Shown here: positions 19,969 through 30,745 of the stretch, piece by piece
Layout: the number at the start of each line of letters is the position of its first letter
Position numbering within the stretch: position 1 is the first letter of the stretch
From: Nitrospinaceae bacterium
GTDB lineage: Bacteria; Nitrospinota; Nitrospinia; Nitrospinales; Nitrospinaceae
NCBI GenBank assembly: GCA_965237905.1
Contig: OZ250172.1
Span: 1,536,001 to 1,600,000, forward strand
Direction of reading: 5' to 3'
DNA length: 64,000 bases
Position numbers and translations under genes: made by a program
Notes under the pieces: model-generated
Database searches by the model: none
Told to the model about the DNA's origin: nothing
The model's input: only the letters and a program-made list of their open reading frames with translations

Positions 19969-22602
19969 TTACGGGGTAGGGGTTTGAACCGCCGCCTGCG
20001 CGGCGGAAAGCAGGGCGGTGGGCACACGGTACGGGGAGCAACTCACATAATCCAACCCCAGTTGATGAAAAAATTCGATGGACGCCGGATCGCCGCCATG
20101 CTCCCCACAGATACCGAGGTGGAGCTTTTTGTTAGCGGCGCGTCCTTTCTCAATCGCCATCGCCACCAACGCCCCCACACCTTTCTGATCGACGCTGACG
20201 AACGGGTCTTCCATCAAGATGCCGTTTTCCAGATAGTGGGAAAGAAACACGCCCGCGTCATCCCGGCTCAGGCCCAATGCAGTCTGGGTCAGATCGTTGG
20301 TGCCGAATGAAAAGAAATCGGCTTCCCGCGCGATTTCATCGGCGGTGATGGCGGCGCGCGGTAGTTCGATCATGGTGCCGACCTTGTAATCCAGTTTCAC
20401 ACCCGATTTGCTGATCACTTCTTCAGCGACCGCGTCAATGCGTTCCCGGACAATCTTGAATTCATTGACGTGATTCACCAACGGGACCATGATCTCCGGC
20501 AGAACCTTGCTGCCTTTTTTAACCAGTTTGCACGCCGCTTCGACGATGGCCCGCACCTGCATTTCATAAATCTCGGGGAACACAATGCCCAACCGGCACC
20601 CGCGCAGGCCCAGCATCGGGTTCTGCTCTTTCATGGAATTGATTTTCTGGGTCAGTTGGGTGGCGGGAACTCGCATCTGCTTGGCCAGGGTTTTGATTTC
20701 TGCCGGAGTACCGGGCAGAAACTCGTGCAGTGGCGGGTCCAGCAAACGAATGGTCACCGGCAAACCGTCCATCACTTTAAAAATCTGGACAAAGTCGGAC
20801 CGCTGAATCGGCAGGAGCTTTTTGATGGCTTCTTCCCGCATCTTCTTTTTGTCCGCAATAATCATTTTGCGCACCAGCAAAATACGTTCTTCATCGAAGA
20901 ACATGTGCTCAGTGCGGCACAGCCCAATGCCCTGCGCACCGAACTCCCGCGCAACCAGCGCATCGTGCGGCGTATCCGCATTGGCGCGCACGTTGAGCAC
21001 GCGCATCTTGTCCGCCCATCCCATCAACTGCCGGAAATAACTGGTAATGCGCGGCTGGGTCAATGGGATCTGGCCCTGCATCACCTGCCCCGTCGTTCCG
21101 TCGAGGGTGATGGCGTCGTATTCTTTCAGGACGACTCCGTTGAGCGAAGCTCTTTTCTTGCGAAGTTCCACCTGCAATTCGCCCAATCCGGAAACGCAGG
21201 GTTTGCCCATGGAGCGGGCGACCACCGCCGCGTGCGAGGTCATCCCTCCCTTGGCAGTGAGAATTCCCTGCGCCACACTCATGCCATGAATATCCTCCGG
21301 TGAGGTTTCCATCCGCACCAGGATCACACGCTCCTTCTTTTTCGAAAGCTCGATGGCATGCTCCGGTGTAAACACCACTTTGCCGGTGGCCGCTCCCGGT
21401 GATGCGCCCAATCCTTTGCCCAGCACCTCCACCTTGGCATTAGGGTCCACCATCGGATGAAAAATCTGATCCACCTGCGTCGCGGGTACGCGCAGGATGG
21501 CTTCCTGCTTGCTGATCAATCCCTCGTTCACCATATCCACCGCCACCCGGATCGCGGCGGCGGCGGTGCGCTTGCCCGACCGCGTCTGGAGCATGTACAA
21601 CTGGTTCTCCTGTACGGTGAACTCGATGTCCTCCATATCCTTGTAATGGCTTTCCAATTTTTTGTAGACGCCGGTCAGCGCTTCGTATATCTGCGGCATA
21701 TCCTTTTCCAACTGCGCGATGGGGTTCGGTGTGCGGATGCCCGCCACCACGTCCTCGCCCTGCGCGTTGATCATGTACTCGCCGTAAAATTTATTTTCTC
21801 CGGTCGCCGGGTTGCGCGTGAACGCCACGCCTGTTGCCGAGGTCGGACCCATGTTGCCGAACACCATCGACTGCACATTGACCGCAGTGCCCCAGTCGTC
21901 GGGAATCCGGTTCAATCGCCGGTAGGTGATAGCCCGATCCGTGTTCCACGAATTGAATACTGCCTCCACCGACAACTTCAGCTGGTCCATTGGTTTGTCG
22001 GGAAACGGTTTGCCGGTTTTGCGTTTGACCAGGGCCTTGAAATCCTTGATGACCATTTTCAGATCGCCCACGCCCAGCTCGGTGTCGAACTCGACCTTCT
22101 GTTTGGTTTTTCTGCGGTGCAGGATGGCTTCGAAATGTTCGCCCTCGATGCCCAATACCACATTGCCGAACATGGCAATGAACCGGCGATAGCAATCGTA
22201 GGCGAACCGACCGTCGCCGGTTTTTCCGGCCAGGCCGTTCAGTGTGTCGGCATTGAGGCCGAGGTTGAGGACCGTATCCATCATTCCCGGCATGGACGCG
22301 CGGGAACCGGACCGCACAGACACCAGCAGAGGCTCGTCCGTGCCGCCGAACTCCTTACCCATGACTTTTTCGAGGGTTTTCAGGTTGTCCAGCACTTCGT
22401 TCCACAACGACAGCGGGAGTTTTTGCTTTTTTTGGAAGTAATAGGTGCAGGCTTCGGTGGTAATGGTGAAACCGGGGGGGACGTTGATACCGAGATTCGC
22501 CATCTCGGCCAGGTTGGCACCTTTGCCGCCCAGCAACTCGCGCATCTCCGCTTTGCCTTCGGTTTGATCGGCGCCAAAAAAGTAAACGTACTTACTGGTC
22601 AT
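19969..22602 (-). CDS. ppdK: Pyruvate phosphate dikinase
   Basis: LLGGKGANLAEM, SMPGMMDTVLNLG, GGMTSHAAVVAR, FSFGTNDLTQ, GICGEHGG. Confidence 0.97.
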   Translation of the reverse strand: MTSKYVYFFGADQTEGKAEMRELLGGKGANLAEMANLGINVPPGFTITTEACTYYFQKKQKLPLSLWNEVLDNLKTLEKVMGKEFGGTDEPLLVSVRSGSRASMPGMMDTVLNLGLNADTLNGLAGKTGDGRFAYDCYRRFIAMFGNVVLGIEGEHFEAILHRRKTKQKVEFDTELGVGDLKMVIKDFKALVKRKTGKPFPDKPMDQLKLSVEAVFNSWNTDRAITYRRLNRIPDDWGTAVNVQSMVFGNMGPTSATGVAFTRNPATGENKFYGEYMINAQGEDVVAGIRTPNPIAQLEKDMPQIYEALTGVYKKLESHYKDMEDIEFTVQENQLYMLQTRSGKRTAAAAIRVAVDMVNEGLISKQEAILRVPATQVDQIFHPMVDPNAKVEVLGKGLGASPGAATGKVVFTPEHAIELSKKKERVILVRMETSPEDIHGMSVAQGILTAKGGMTSHAAVVARSMGKPCVSGLGELQVELRKKRASLNGVVLKEYDAITLDGTTGQVMQGQIPLTQPRITSYFRQLMGWADKMRVLNVRANADTPHDALVAREFGAQGIGLCRTEHMFFDEERILLVRKMIIADKKKMREEAIKKLLPIQRSDFVQIFKVMDGLPVTIRLLDPPLHEFLPGTPAEIKTLAKQMRVPATQLTQKINSMKEQNPMLGLRGCRLGIVFPEIYEMQVRAIVEAACKLVKKGSKVLPEIMVPLVNHVNEFKIVRERIDAVAEEVISKSGVKLDYKVGTMIELPRAAITADEIAREADFFSFGTNDLTQTALGLSRDDAGVFLSHYLENGILMEDPFVSVDQKGVGALVAMAIEKGRAANKKLHLGICGEHGGDPASIEFFHQLGLDYVSCSPYRVPTALLSAAQAAVQTPTP

Positions 22603-22697
22603 TTCCAGGTTTCACGGACTCCGTAATAGGAAACGTCTCATCTTTAAAAAGGATCAGCGAATAATAACATTAAAGATGCGGCAACAGGGGAAAGGAA

Positions 22698-24773
22698 TCA
22701 CTTTTTTTCAGTTTTTTTGAGCACGATCTTGGAAAAATCGGCTAACGGAGAAAACAGGTCGGCAATCGACTTGAGCAGGGCCATGCGGTTGGCCTTGAGC
22801 GCAGCATCGTCCACGTTGACCATCACATGGTCGAAGAAATCGTCCACCTCGCCCTTGATCACGGCAATCTTCGCCAATGCGGCGGAATATTCACCCGCCT
22901 GGACGTGCCTCTCTATCGTCGACTTGATCCCGGTAAATCTCCGGAACAGGGCCAGTTCCGATTCCTCTACAAGAAGGTCCTCATTCACCTCGCCCGGCAC
23001 GTCGCCCTCGATGATGCGCACCACGCGCTTGAACGCCGTCGCCAGGTTCTCAAAGTAATCCTGTTTTTTGAGATCGGCCAGGGCCGCGGCTTTTTCCTTG
23101 GTATCTTTCAAGGAAACGATCTCCGTCTCTAGCACGGCATCGATCACGTCATACTCGAATCCCTCGGCGCTCAGCATGGTTTTGAACCGCTGGGCGAACA
23201 GATCCTTGCAATGCTCGCGGATTTCATCCTTTGAAAGCTTGACCTTGTCTCCCAAGGCCCCGATGCCCTGATCGATCAACCACCAGAGCGCAACGCTATA
23301 ATCGTAATGAATCAATATCTGGATGATTCCCAGGGCGTGACGCCGCAACGCGTACGGGTCTTCCGAACCGGACGGGATCAATCCGACACCGATACAGCCG
23401 ACGATGGTGTCCAGCTTGTCCGCCACCGCCACCACGGCACCCGCTTGGGTGGAGGGCACGGCGTCTCCCGCAAAAGCGGGTTGGTAATGTTCTTTAATAG
23501 CCTGCGCCACCTCCGCGCTGTCTCCGGAATGCTCGGCGTAATAACCGCCCATGACGCCCTGCAGTTCCGGGAACTCGAACACCATCTGCGACACCAAGTC
23601 GGCCTTCGACAATAAAGCGGCGCGCTTGGCGGTTGCTTCCGCTTCCGGACAAACCTTCTGCGCAATCGTTCCAGCCAGGGACACGATGCGCATCAGCTTT
23701 TCGTGCGAGGTGCCAAGGTCTTTCTGGAACACCACGCCTTTCAACTCATCGATAAAATCCTCCAGCTTGCGTTTGCGGTCTTCGTCATAAAAGAAGCGGG
23801 CGTCCTCCAGCCGTGCTTTCAGCACACGCTGGTTGCCGCGCGGAATGTCCTGACCCTTCGCCTTCATGTTGCTGATGGTGATGAAATACGGGAGCAGTGT
23901 GTCGCCCTTCCACACTGGAAAATATTTCTGGTGATGCTTCATGGTGATGACCAGCAATTCCTTGGGAAGCTCCAGGTAAGCCTTGTCGAACTCGCCGCGC
24001 ACCGCCACCGGGTACTCCACAAGATGGGTCACCGTGTCGAGCAGGTCGGCGTCCTCCTGCACCTTGCCCCTCACCTGTTTGGCGATAGCTTTGATTTGAT
24101 CCTTGATCGATTGGCGACGCTCCGCCGGGTCGATCATCACCTTGTGTTTCTTGCATTCCCGGAGATAGGTTTTGAAGCTGTCGAATTTGAATTTCTGCGG
24201 CTTGAGGAAACGATGGCCTTGCGAGGTGTTGCCGGCTTTGATGCCTTCAAAATCAAATTTCAGTTTCTTGCCGTCGAACAGTGCGGCAATCCAGTGGATC
24301 GGACGCACAAACGGCAGCTTGCGCGAGGCCCAGCGCATTTTCTTGGGGAAGGTGATGTCGGCCATCCACTGCGGAAGGTATTCATTCAATATGTGGACGG
24401 TTGACTGGCCCTTTTTCTCTACTTTCGCGCAGATCACTTCACCCTTGGCGGTGGTCTCGGTGGTGAGGTCGGCGATGTCCACGCCCTTGCCCTTCGCGAA
24501 ACCGATCGCCGCTTTGGTGGGATTGCCTTCGGCGTCGTACGCCACCTTAACGTTCGGACCCTGGTAGGTTTCGACCACGTCTTTCTGCCGCTTGTCGACA
24601 CCCGGGATATGCACCACCAGACGGCGCGGCGTGCCTATCACCTGCGGCGTGCCCGCAGACACGCGGCCCTTCTCGAAAAACTCCGTGAGCTTGCGCCCCA
24701 TGTCCTCCAACGCTGGTTGAATGTACCCGGCGGGGATTTCCTCGGTTCCTATCTCTATCAGCAGGTCAGGCAT
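22698..24773 (-). CDS. glyS: Glycine-tRNA ligase beta subunit
   Basis: LLIEIGTEEIP, TPRRL, FVRPIHW, EFPELQG.MG, GSEDPYALRR. Confidence 0.95.
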   Translation of the reverse strand: MPDLLIEIGTEEIPAGYIQPALEDMGRKLTEFFEKGRVSAGTPQVIGTPRRLVVHIPGVDKRQKDVVETYQGPNVKVAYDAEGNPTKAAIGFAKGKGVDIADLTTETTAKGEVICAKVEKKGQSTVHILNEYLPQWMADITFPKKMRWASRKLPFVRPIHWIAALFDGKKLKFDFEGIKAGNTSQGHRFLKPQKFKFDSFKTYLRECKKHKVMIDPAERRQSIKDQIKAIAKQVRGKVQEDADLLDTVTHLVEYPVAVRGEFDKAYLELPKELLVITMKHHQKYFPVWKGDTLLPYFITISNMKAKGQDIPRGNQRVLKARLEDARFFYDEDRKRKLEDFIDELKGVVFQKDLGTSHEKLMRIVSLAGTIAQKVCPEAEATAKRAALLSKADLVSQMVFEFPELQGVMGGYYAEHSGDSAEVAQAIKEHYQPAFAGDAVPSTQAGAVVAVADKLDTIVGCIGVGLIPSGSEDPYALRRHALGIIQILIHYDYSVALWWLIDQGIGALGDKVKLSKDEIREHCKDLFAQRFKTMLSAEGFEYDVIDAVLETEIVSLKDTKEKAAALADLKKQDYFENLATAFKRVVRIIEGDVPGEVNEDLLVEESELALFRRFTGIKSTIERHVQAGEYSAALAKIAVIKGEVDDFFDHVMVNVDDAALKANRMALLKSIADLFSPLADFSKIVLKKTEKK

Positions 24774-24936
24774 GAACTCTCCAAAAACAAAGCGCTTATG
24801 AGCCGGGTATTTATCAGACAAACGGGGTAAAGTCAACGGCGAGCCGCCGACCGCGCCGCGCGGGGCGAACTGAAAAGCGTATAGACCGAGGAAAGAATCT
24901 GGATTTTGTGCTTCCCGATCGATGAGTTTGCCAAGT

Positions 24937-24982
24937 AAAAAAGGCGCCTCCTGCTTCCCTTAAATGGGAGCAGGGGACGCCT
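24937..24982 (-). terminator. Rho-independent terminator after the OMP genes
   Basis: AGGCGCCTCCTGCTTCC...GGGAGCAGGGGACGCCT hairpin followed by a U-tract on the minus strand. Confidence 0.6.
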
Positions 24983-25007
24983 ATCAGGATGCTAAACAAT
25001 TATCTAA

Positions 25008-25670
25008 TTAAAACGCAACCCGAACACCAATATTAAATGAATGGTTGCTATATTCTGATTCTATATCGGACAACCCAGGAATAAAGGCGGGTCCACTTGG
25101 AAACTCTGGGTCAGATGTGGCGAAATAACGATAATCTACAGTAAGAGTGGTCGTCGGATTGATGTTATATCCAACACCGGCCATAAACTGATAAGCAAAA
25201 ACGATGTCACTGTCATCGATTAGTGCTAGAGAGGATATGGTTGGCGCGGTAATATCTGCAGTAACATTAGCAAATCCCACTCCCAATCCTAAATAAGGCA
25301 CCAAAGGGGAGCTTGCCATATGAAAATCATAGTATCCATTTGCCATAAAGCTGAGAGCTGATACGTCTCCATCAACAGGACCGCAGCAAACCCCAAAAAT
25401 CGCTCCCTCATCCGTATCATTTGAGCGATAGGCAATCTCGCCTTCAGCTCTGAAGGACCCAAAATCATATCCTAAAGCACCCCCGACTCTAAAGCCAGGG
25501 TCATAAGTTACTTCGCCAGTGAAAGCGAATGCACCAGGCCTATTTATATCACTATCCGAAAGTAGGCTTACACCAAGATTGCCTGAGAAATACATCTTGC
25601 CATTCGCCGCCTGCGCCGACGTGGCCATAAACACCGCCGCGAAAATCATGGTTATCAAAAAACGTTTCAT
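25008..25670 (-). CDS. Outer-membrane beta-barrel protein (OmpA/OmpW/porin-like), paralog 1
   Basis: Signal peptide, ANGYYDF, PYLGLGVG, YQFMAGVGY, C-terminal Phe. Confidence 0.85.
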   Translation of the reverse strand: MKRFLITMIFAAVFMATSAQAANGKMYFSGNLGVSLLSDSDINRPGAFAFTGEVTYDPGFRVGGALGYDFGSFRAEGEIAYRSNDTDEGAIFGVCCGPVDGDVSALSFMANGYYDFHMASSPLVPYLGLGVGFANVTADITAPTISSLALIDDSDIVFAYQFMAGVGYNINPTTTLTVDYRYFATSDPEFPSGPAFIPGLSDIESEYSNHSFNIGVRVAF

Positions 25671-25762
25671 TACTCTCTCCTTATTGGGACCCCCCGTTGA
25701 ACATTGGCATATGCCGTTGGGACAATCGATCCCCCTCTGTAACTTGACAAATTTTTATTACG

Positions 25763-26344
25763 TTAAAACATATACCGCGCGCCTACTGTAAATTCGTGGA
25801 AATCAACCGCACCTGAATCAGCGATCCCCAAAAAGCGATACCCGCCGGTCAGAATAATATTGGGAGCGATCTCATATCCTGCACCCACCATAAACTGGTA
25901 AGCAATATCGGTTTCACTGCCACCCACAGTACCGAAGAAGGGAATGACGAATTCAATGTCAGTATTTGCGAGCCCCAATCCAAAGCCGACATAAGGCGTT
26001 AACGGGGAATTTATTTCAAAATCGTAATAACCGTTGGCCATGAACGTTAAAGTTGAAACTTCGCCATCAATAGGAGCGAAAAATCCAAAACCCGTCGCGG
26101 AATCCATTTCAACCCGGCGGTAGCCAATTTCACCTTCGACCCGGATCTGACCTATGTCATATCCCACGGCGCCGGTAATATTAAATCCGGGATCAAAACT
26201 GATGCTACTGCCAAAATCGTCAGAGTCTGACGCAATCGTTAATCCCAGATTACCCGCGAAATACAATTTGCCCTTCGGCGCCGCCTGCGCTGAAGTGGCC
26301 ATAAACACCGCCGCAACTACCATGGTTATCAAAAAACGTTTCAT
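25763..26344 (-). CDS. Outer-membrane beta-barrel protein, paralog 2
   Basis: Same motif set; C-terminal ARYMF; start ATG at 26344. Confidence 0.85.
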   Translation of the reverse strand: MKRFLITMVVAAVFMATSAQAAPKGKLYFAGNLGLTIASDSDDFGSSISFDPGFNITGAVGYDIGQIRVEGEIGYRRVEMDSATGFGFFAPIDGEVSTLTFMANGYYDFEINSPLTPYVGFGLGLANTDIEFVIPFFGTVGGSETDIAYQFMVGAGYEIAPNIILTGGYRFLGIADSGAVDFHEFTVGARYMF

Positions 26345-26715
26345 TACTCTCTCCCTCCGCATAAATGGTTTCCCACTGTTTCAAAAAGAAACATACCCTT
26401 TAAATAGTGGGCTCCCCCGCAACTCATTGACTTACAAATAGTGTAAAGCTATTGGAAATGAAATCAATACTCTGATTAGGGTGATTTCTGGCTGCCGCAG
26501 ACCGCTCCGAGCGGGGTGAACCAAAAAACTCATGGACCACAGATCCCTGTCCTGAGCTTGTCGAAGGGAACACAGATAGACACTGATGAAACCCGGAACA
26601 GGGAGGAGGAACACGAAACAAGGAAAAAATTTGCTCCGGGCCTTGCCCGGCGGCTTGTGGAATGGGCTGGCCTTTGATAGCTTGATACGATTCAACTCAA
26701 ATTAAAGGTGGGGCC

Positions 26716-26997
26716 ATGCTGACGGATGAAGAAGCGTTTGAACAATACGGCGACGAGCCCCTCTACTTCTCGCATTACTACAACTTCGTGTTCATCTACA
26801 AGAGCCAGGAACTGGACAACGGCGACCGCATCTATCTGCAACTGGGCGGGACCATGGAACAGGTGTCGGCGATGACGGTGGACGTCGCAGAGCACCTCAC
26901 CCTCAACGACGACGCCGACCGCGAATTCGCCTATATCAAAAACGCCGCGAACCAGGTCATCTGGAAACACGGCCAGCGTGACGCTGGACCCAAATAG
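26716..26997 (+). CDS. Hypothetical protein
   Basis: 93 aa, strong host-type codon bias, AGGTG SD; C-terminus runs into a palindromic repeat. Confidence 0.7.
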   Translation: MLTDEEAFEQYGDEPLYFSHYYNFVFIYKSQELDNGDRIYLQLGGTMEQVSAMTVDVAEHLTLNDDADREFAYIKNAANQVIWKHGQRDAGPK

Positions 26998-27028
26998 TCC
27001 CCCCTTCTTGAAGGGGGCAGGGGGATTT
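26973..27028 (-). repeat. CCAGCGTnACGCTGG palindrome plus REP-like AAATCCCCCTGCCCCCTTCAAGAAGGGGG
   Basis: Inverted relative to the copies at 28307-28351; related copies at 30712, 36235 and 39036. Confidence 0.8.
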
Positions 27029-27040
27029 GGTCCTCTTTTC

Positions 27041-27081
27041 AATCGGCTTGCGGAATTAGGGTATTTTTGATAAATTTGGGC
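27041..27081 (+). promoter_or_regulatory. Conserved promoter-like motif (copy 1)
   Basis: AATCGGC-TTGCGG-N17-TAAATT-TGGGC with TG extended -10; second copy at 33782. Confidence 0.6.
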
Positions 27082-27171
27082 GATCCAAATCGACGAGCTT
27101 AATACGCATTCTATTTTAAAATTTTCTATACCTTGACCGTTAATAATTTTTTAAAGTTAACGAGGCTATAA

Positions 27172-28140
27172 ATGGCCACACCACGTGTTTTTGTTAGTTC
27201 TACTTGCTACGATCTTCGATATATCAGAGAAAACTTAAAGTTTTTTATACATAACCTAGGTTATGAGCCAATATTGAGCGAAGAAGGTTCGGTATTTTAC
27301 GATCCAAGTCTTAATGTGCAAGATGCATGTCTCGCTGAAGTACCTTCGTGTCAAGTGTTCGTGTTAATAATTGGCGGACGATTCGGCTCAGCTTTCAAAG
27401 ACAGTGAAAAGTCCATTACTAATCACGAATTTATGGAGGCTGTAAAAAACAAAACACCGATATTCGCTTTAGTAGAACAAGCTGTTTATGACCAATTCCT
27501 TGTTTACAAGTCTAATTATTTCAACCAAGATGTTGATCCCTCTAAAGTCATATATCCATCAGTAGATTCAACGCTCATTTTTGACTTTGTTTCTCAAGTG
27601 CAGAATCAAGCTATAAATAATGCGCTAGTGCCTTTCGGGGATTTCGAAGAAATCCAATCTTACCTAAAAAAACAATGGGCAAGCATGTTTAATAAATACC
27701 TAACTGATGATAACGAAACAAACAGAGTCTCAAGCTTGCTCCAAGAAATCAAAAACACCAATGAAAAAATAGAATTTCTCTCAAGGCAAGTGGTCTCAAC
27801 CATCGGCAATCCAATAACACAATTAAGGGTGAAGGTTTATGATTACCTTGTTGGCCAAAATATAGCTCACGATTTAAGCCTTTGGGATATTAAACCAACA
27901 CCCGAAATATTTCTGGAAAATCATTCGCTAGAGGATGTATGTAACCATAACATTGTGTCCGATGTTGACGACGATGAAGGTAGCTATACCTTTACACATG
28001 GCGGCCCCCCATATAAAGCTAGCGATTCCAAAATACAAGATATGAGAAAGAACTTTAAGAGAGTTAGAAAACACCTTATTAAAATCATAGAGGAGGAAGG
28101 TACTTCATTAAAACAATTCATAAGTGGCTCTAAAGAATGA
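27172..28140 (+). CDS. DUF4062 domain protein (AT-rich cassette)
   Basis: RVFVSSTCYDL...CLAEV..C..FVLIIGGRFGS...SITNHEF.EA. Confidence 0.85.
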   Translation: MATPRVFVSSTCYDLRYIRENLKFFIHNLGYEPILSEEGSVFYDPSLNVQDACLAEVPSCQVFVLIIGGRFGSAFKDSEKSITNHEFMEAVKNKTPIFALVEQAVYDQFLVYKSNYFNQDVDPSKVIYPSVDSTLIFDFVSQVQNQAINNALVPFGDFEEIQSYLKKQWASMFNKYLTDDNETNRVSSLLQEIKNTNEKIEFLSRQVVSTIGNPITQLRVKVYDYLVGQNIAHDLSLWDIKPTPEIFLENHSLEDVCNHNIVSDVDDDEGSYTFTHGGPPYKASDSKIQDMRKNFKRVRKHLIKIIEEEGTSLKQFISGSKE

Positions 28141-28306
28141 TATGGAAGAGTTAGTTTACTTATCGGCCTTCCGCCTTAATTTTTTGTTAAGCCCAAATCC
28201 TATTTCTCCCCATTATTCTATCCACTTTCTATACCCACCAAAAACCTACCCGGAGTGCGGGTTTTGTTGTAATATGAGGTCCTTCGGATACAATAGTTAA
28301 TTGGTA

Positions 28307-28386
28307 CCAGCGTCACGCTGGAAATCCCCCTGGCCCCCTTCAAGAAGGGGGTATATTGTGTCGCCCTTCGACAGGCTCAGGGTGAC
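28307..28386 (+). repeat. Repeat cluster: palindrome, REP-like hairpin and CCCTTCGACAGGCTCAGG
   Basis: Direct reading; the last motif is inverted at 26551-26568. Confidence 0.75.
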
Positions 28387-28419
28387 ACCGGCGAGCCGCC
28401 GGAGGCAATTTAAAAAATT

Positions 28420-30312
28420 ATGAAAAATTACGATGTCATAGTCATAGGTGCGGGGCATGCCGGGTGTGAGGCGGCGCTGGCGTCGGCGCGGATGGGATGC
28501 GCCACGCTTCTGCTGACGCTCGATCTGGACAAGATCGCCCTGATGCCGTGCAATCCCGCCATCGGCGGTGTCGCCAAGGGCCACATGGTCTACGAGATGG
28601 ACGCCCTCGGCGGGCAGATGGCGCGCGTCATCGACCAGACCGGTATCCAGTTCCGCATGCTCAACGCCTCGAAAGGCCCCGCCGTGCAGGGCAACCGCGC
28701 GCAGGCGGACAAACATCAGTACAAAACCGAAATGCGTCGCGTGCTGGAAGCGCAAAGCCACCTCACCATCGCCCGGGAAGAGGCGGAAGAACTCATCGTC
28801 ACGGGCGGAGTGATCCGCGGACTCCGCACCGCCCAGGGCAACGAGTATTTGGCGGGCGCGGTGGTCATCACCACCGGCACCTTCCTGCGCGGCCTCGTGC
28901 ACGTCGGCATGAACAGTCACCCTGCCGGACGTGTCGGCGAAAAGCCGTCCAACATGCTTTCCGAATCGTTGCTGGCCTGCGGGTTCGAGGTGGCACGTCT
29001 CAAAACCGGCACGCCGCCGCGTTTACTGCGCGACACCATCGACTTTTCGAAATGCGATATTCAGGAAGGCGACCGTGACCCGAAACCGTTTTCGTTCCAG
29101 ACCGAATCGGTCGACCAGCGCCCGAAGGTGCCGTGTCATCTGACTTACACCAACGAGAAGACGGCTGAGATCATCAAGAACAACATGCACCTGTCACCGT
29201 TGTACAGCGGCAAGATCGAGGGCGTCGGACCGCGTTACTGTCCGTCGATCGAGGACAAGGTGGTGAAGTTTCCCGACAAGAGCACGCACCATATCTTCCT
29301 CGAACCGGAAGGGCTCGACACCGACTGGATTTATCCCAACGGCATCTCCACCAGCCTGGCGGAGGAGGTGCAGATCCAGGTCGTACGCTCGATCCCCGGA
29401 CTGGAAGAGGCCGAGATGGTGCGCCCCGGTTACGCGGTGGAATACGACTTCATCCCGCCGACGCAATTGAAAGCGACGCTGGAGACCAAGCGCGTGCGCG
29501 GTTTGTTTCATGCCGGGCAACTCAACGGCACTTCCGGTTATGAAGAAGCGGCGGCGCAGGGATTGATCGCCGGCATCAACGCTGCTCTGCAGGTGCAGAA
29601 GCGCGATCCGTTCGTGCTGACGCGCATGGACGCGTACATCGGCGTGCTGATCGACGACCTCGTCACCCAGGGCACGAAGGAGCCGTACCGCATGTTCACC
29701 TCGCGCGCGGAGTATCGTTTACTGTTGAGGCAGGACAACGCCGACTTGCGCCTGATGGGCAAGGGCCACGAACTCGGGTTGATCCCGAAAGAAGTGTACC
29801 AGGCGTCGCTCGACAAGCACCGCGCGGTGGAAGTGGAAGTGGATCGCCTCAACCGCACCCCCATCGTGCCCAACAAACCGACGCTCGCGCAGTTGTCGCA
29901 GATCGGCATCTTTGATCTTAAAGGACCCACTACACTGGGCGGTCTTCTGCGGCGTCCGGAGATTAATTACGGTCAGTTGATCGATGTGTTTAACGGCGCG
30001 TCGGTACCGAAGACGGTAGCGGAGCTGGTGGAGATTCAGGTGAAGTACGAAACGTTCATCGAGCGGCAGAACCAGATGGTCGCCAGGCAGAAGAAGCTGG
30101 AGAACTACGTCATCCCGGCGGACATGGATTACCGGGGCGTTTCCGGACTGTCCAACGAGGAGGTGCAGAAGCTGGAGGAAATCCGCCCGGCGACGCTGGG
30201 CCAGGCCCTGCGCATCTCCGGGGTGACCCCCGCGGCGGTCAGCATCCTCATGCTCCTGCTCGAGAGGAGAGGCTCCTCACCCTCCTTACCCATAAACGCC
30301 TCCATTGGATGA
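28420..30312 (+). CDS. mnmG: tRNA uridine-5-carboxymethylaminomethyl modification enzyme MnmG
   Basis: [58 protein letters not shown]. Confidence 0.97.
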   Translation: MKNYDVIVIGAGHAGCEAALASARMGCATLLLTLDLDKIALMPCNPAIGGVAKGHMVYEMDALGGQMARVIDQTGIQFRMLNASKGPAVQGNRAQADKHQYKTEMRRVLEAQSHLTIAREEAEELIVTGGVIRGLRTAQGNEYLAGAVVITTGTFLRGLVHVGMNSHPAGRVGEKPSNMLSESLLACGFEVARLKTGTPPRLLRDTIDFSKCDIQEGDRDPKPFSFQTESVDQRPKVPCHLTYTNEKTAEIIKNNMHLSPLYSGKIEGVGPRYCPSIEDKVVKFPDKSTHHIFLEPEGLDTDWIYPNGISTSLAEEVQIQVVRSIPGLEEAEMVRPGYAVEYDFIPPTQLKATLETKRVRGLFHAGQLNGTSGYEEAAAQGLIAGINAALQVQKRDPFVLTRMDAYIGVLIDDLVTQGTKEPYRMFTSRAEYRLLLRQDNADLRLMGKGHELGLIPKEVYQASLDKHRAVEVEVDRLNRTPIVPNKPTLAQLSQIGIFDLKGPTTLGGLLRRPEINYGQLIDVFNGASVPKTVAELVEIQVKYETFIERQNQMVARQKKLENYVIPADMDYRGVSGLSNEEVQKLEEIRPATLGQALRISGVTPAAVSILMLLLERRGSSPSLPINASIG

Positions 30313-30320
30313 TTTTCTAA

Positions 30321-30545
30321 GTGCAGCACACTGATTCCGTGCAATGGATTCTCGAAGTCAACAAGAGCGATATTGCCTACATCGTCGGTCTGTTCGAAGC
30401 CTATGACGACTTCGCGGTGGTGCGCACGATCGACCCGGCGCGAGGTCATATCGAACTCATGACCTCCCCGGACTACGTCGGCGAAGTGGCAAAACTGGTG
30501 GAACGTCTTGCAGATGAAATTCCCCTGCGCATTCTTAAAAGCTAG
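30321..30545 (+). CDS. Small conserved protein (DUF4911-like)
   Basis: DIAYIVGLFEAYDDFAVVRTIDP; directly follows mnmG. Confidence 0.65.
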   Translation: MQHTDSVQWILEVNKSDIAYIVGLFEAYDDFAVVRTIDPARGHIELMTSPDYVGEVAKLVERLADEIPLRILKS

Positions 30546-30741
30546 ACAGGATAACAGGATAAAAATCGGATAAAAAATTAGGGAAAAGAAGAAAGGGACA
30601 AACCGAGATTATTGCCTTGGACAAGCCCAGGGTAGGCACCAGTGGTTGATCAGATTTTATCCCGTTATCCTGTCAAATTTTTCAGGTTTTCTCTGTGCCC
30701 TCTGTGGTGACAAATCCCCCCATCCCCCTTCACAAAGGGGG
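30545..30741. repeat. MITE-like inverted repeat pair plus REP-like copies
   Basis: GACAGGATAACAGGATAAAAATC (30545) and GATTTTATCCCGTTATCCTGTC (ending 30674); CTCTGTGCCCTCTGTGG at 30691; hairpin at 30712. Confidence 0.65.
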
Positions 30742-30745
30742 AGCA

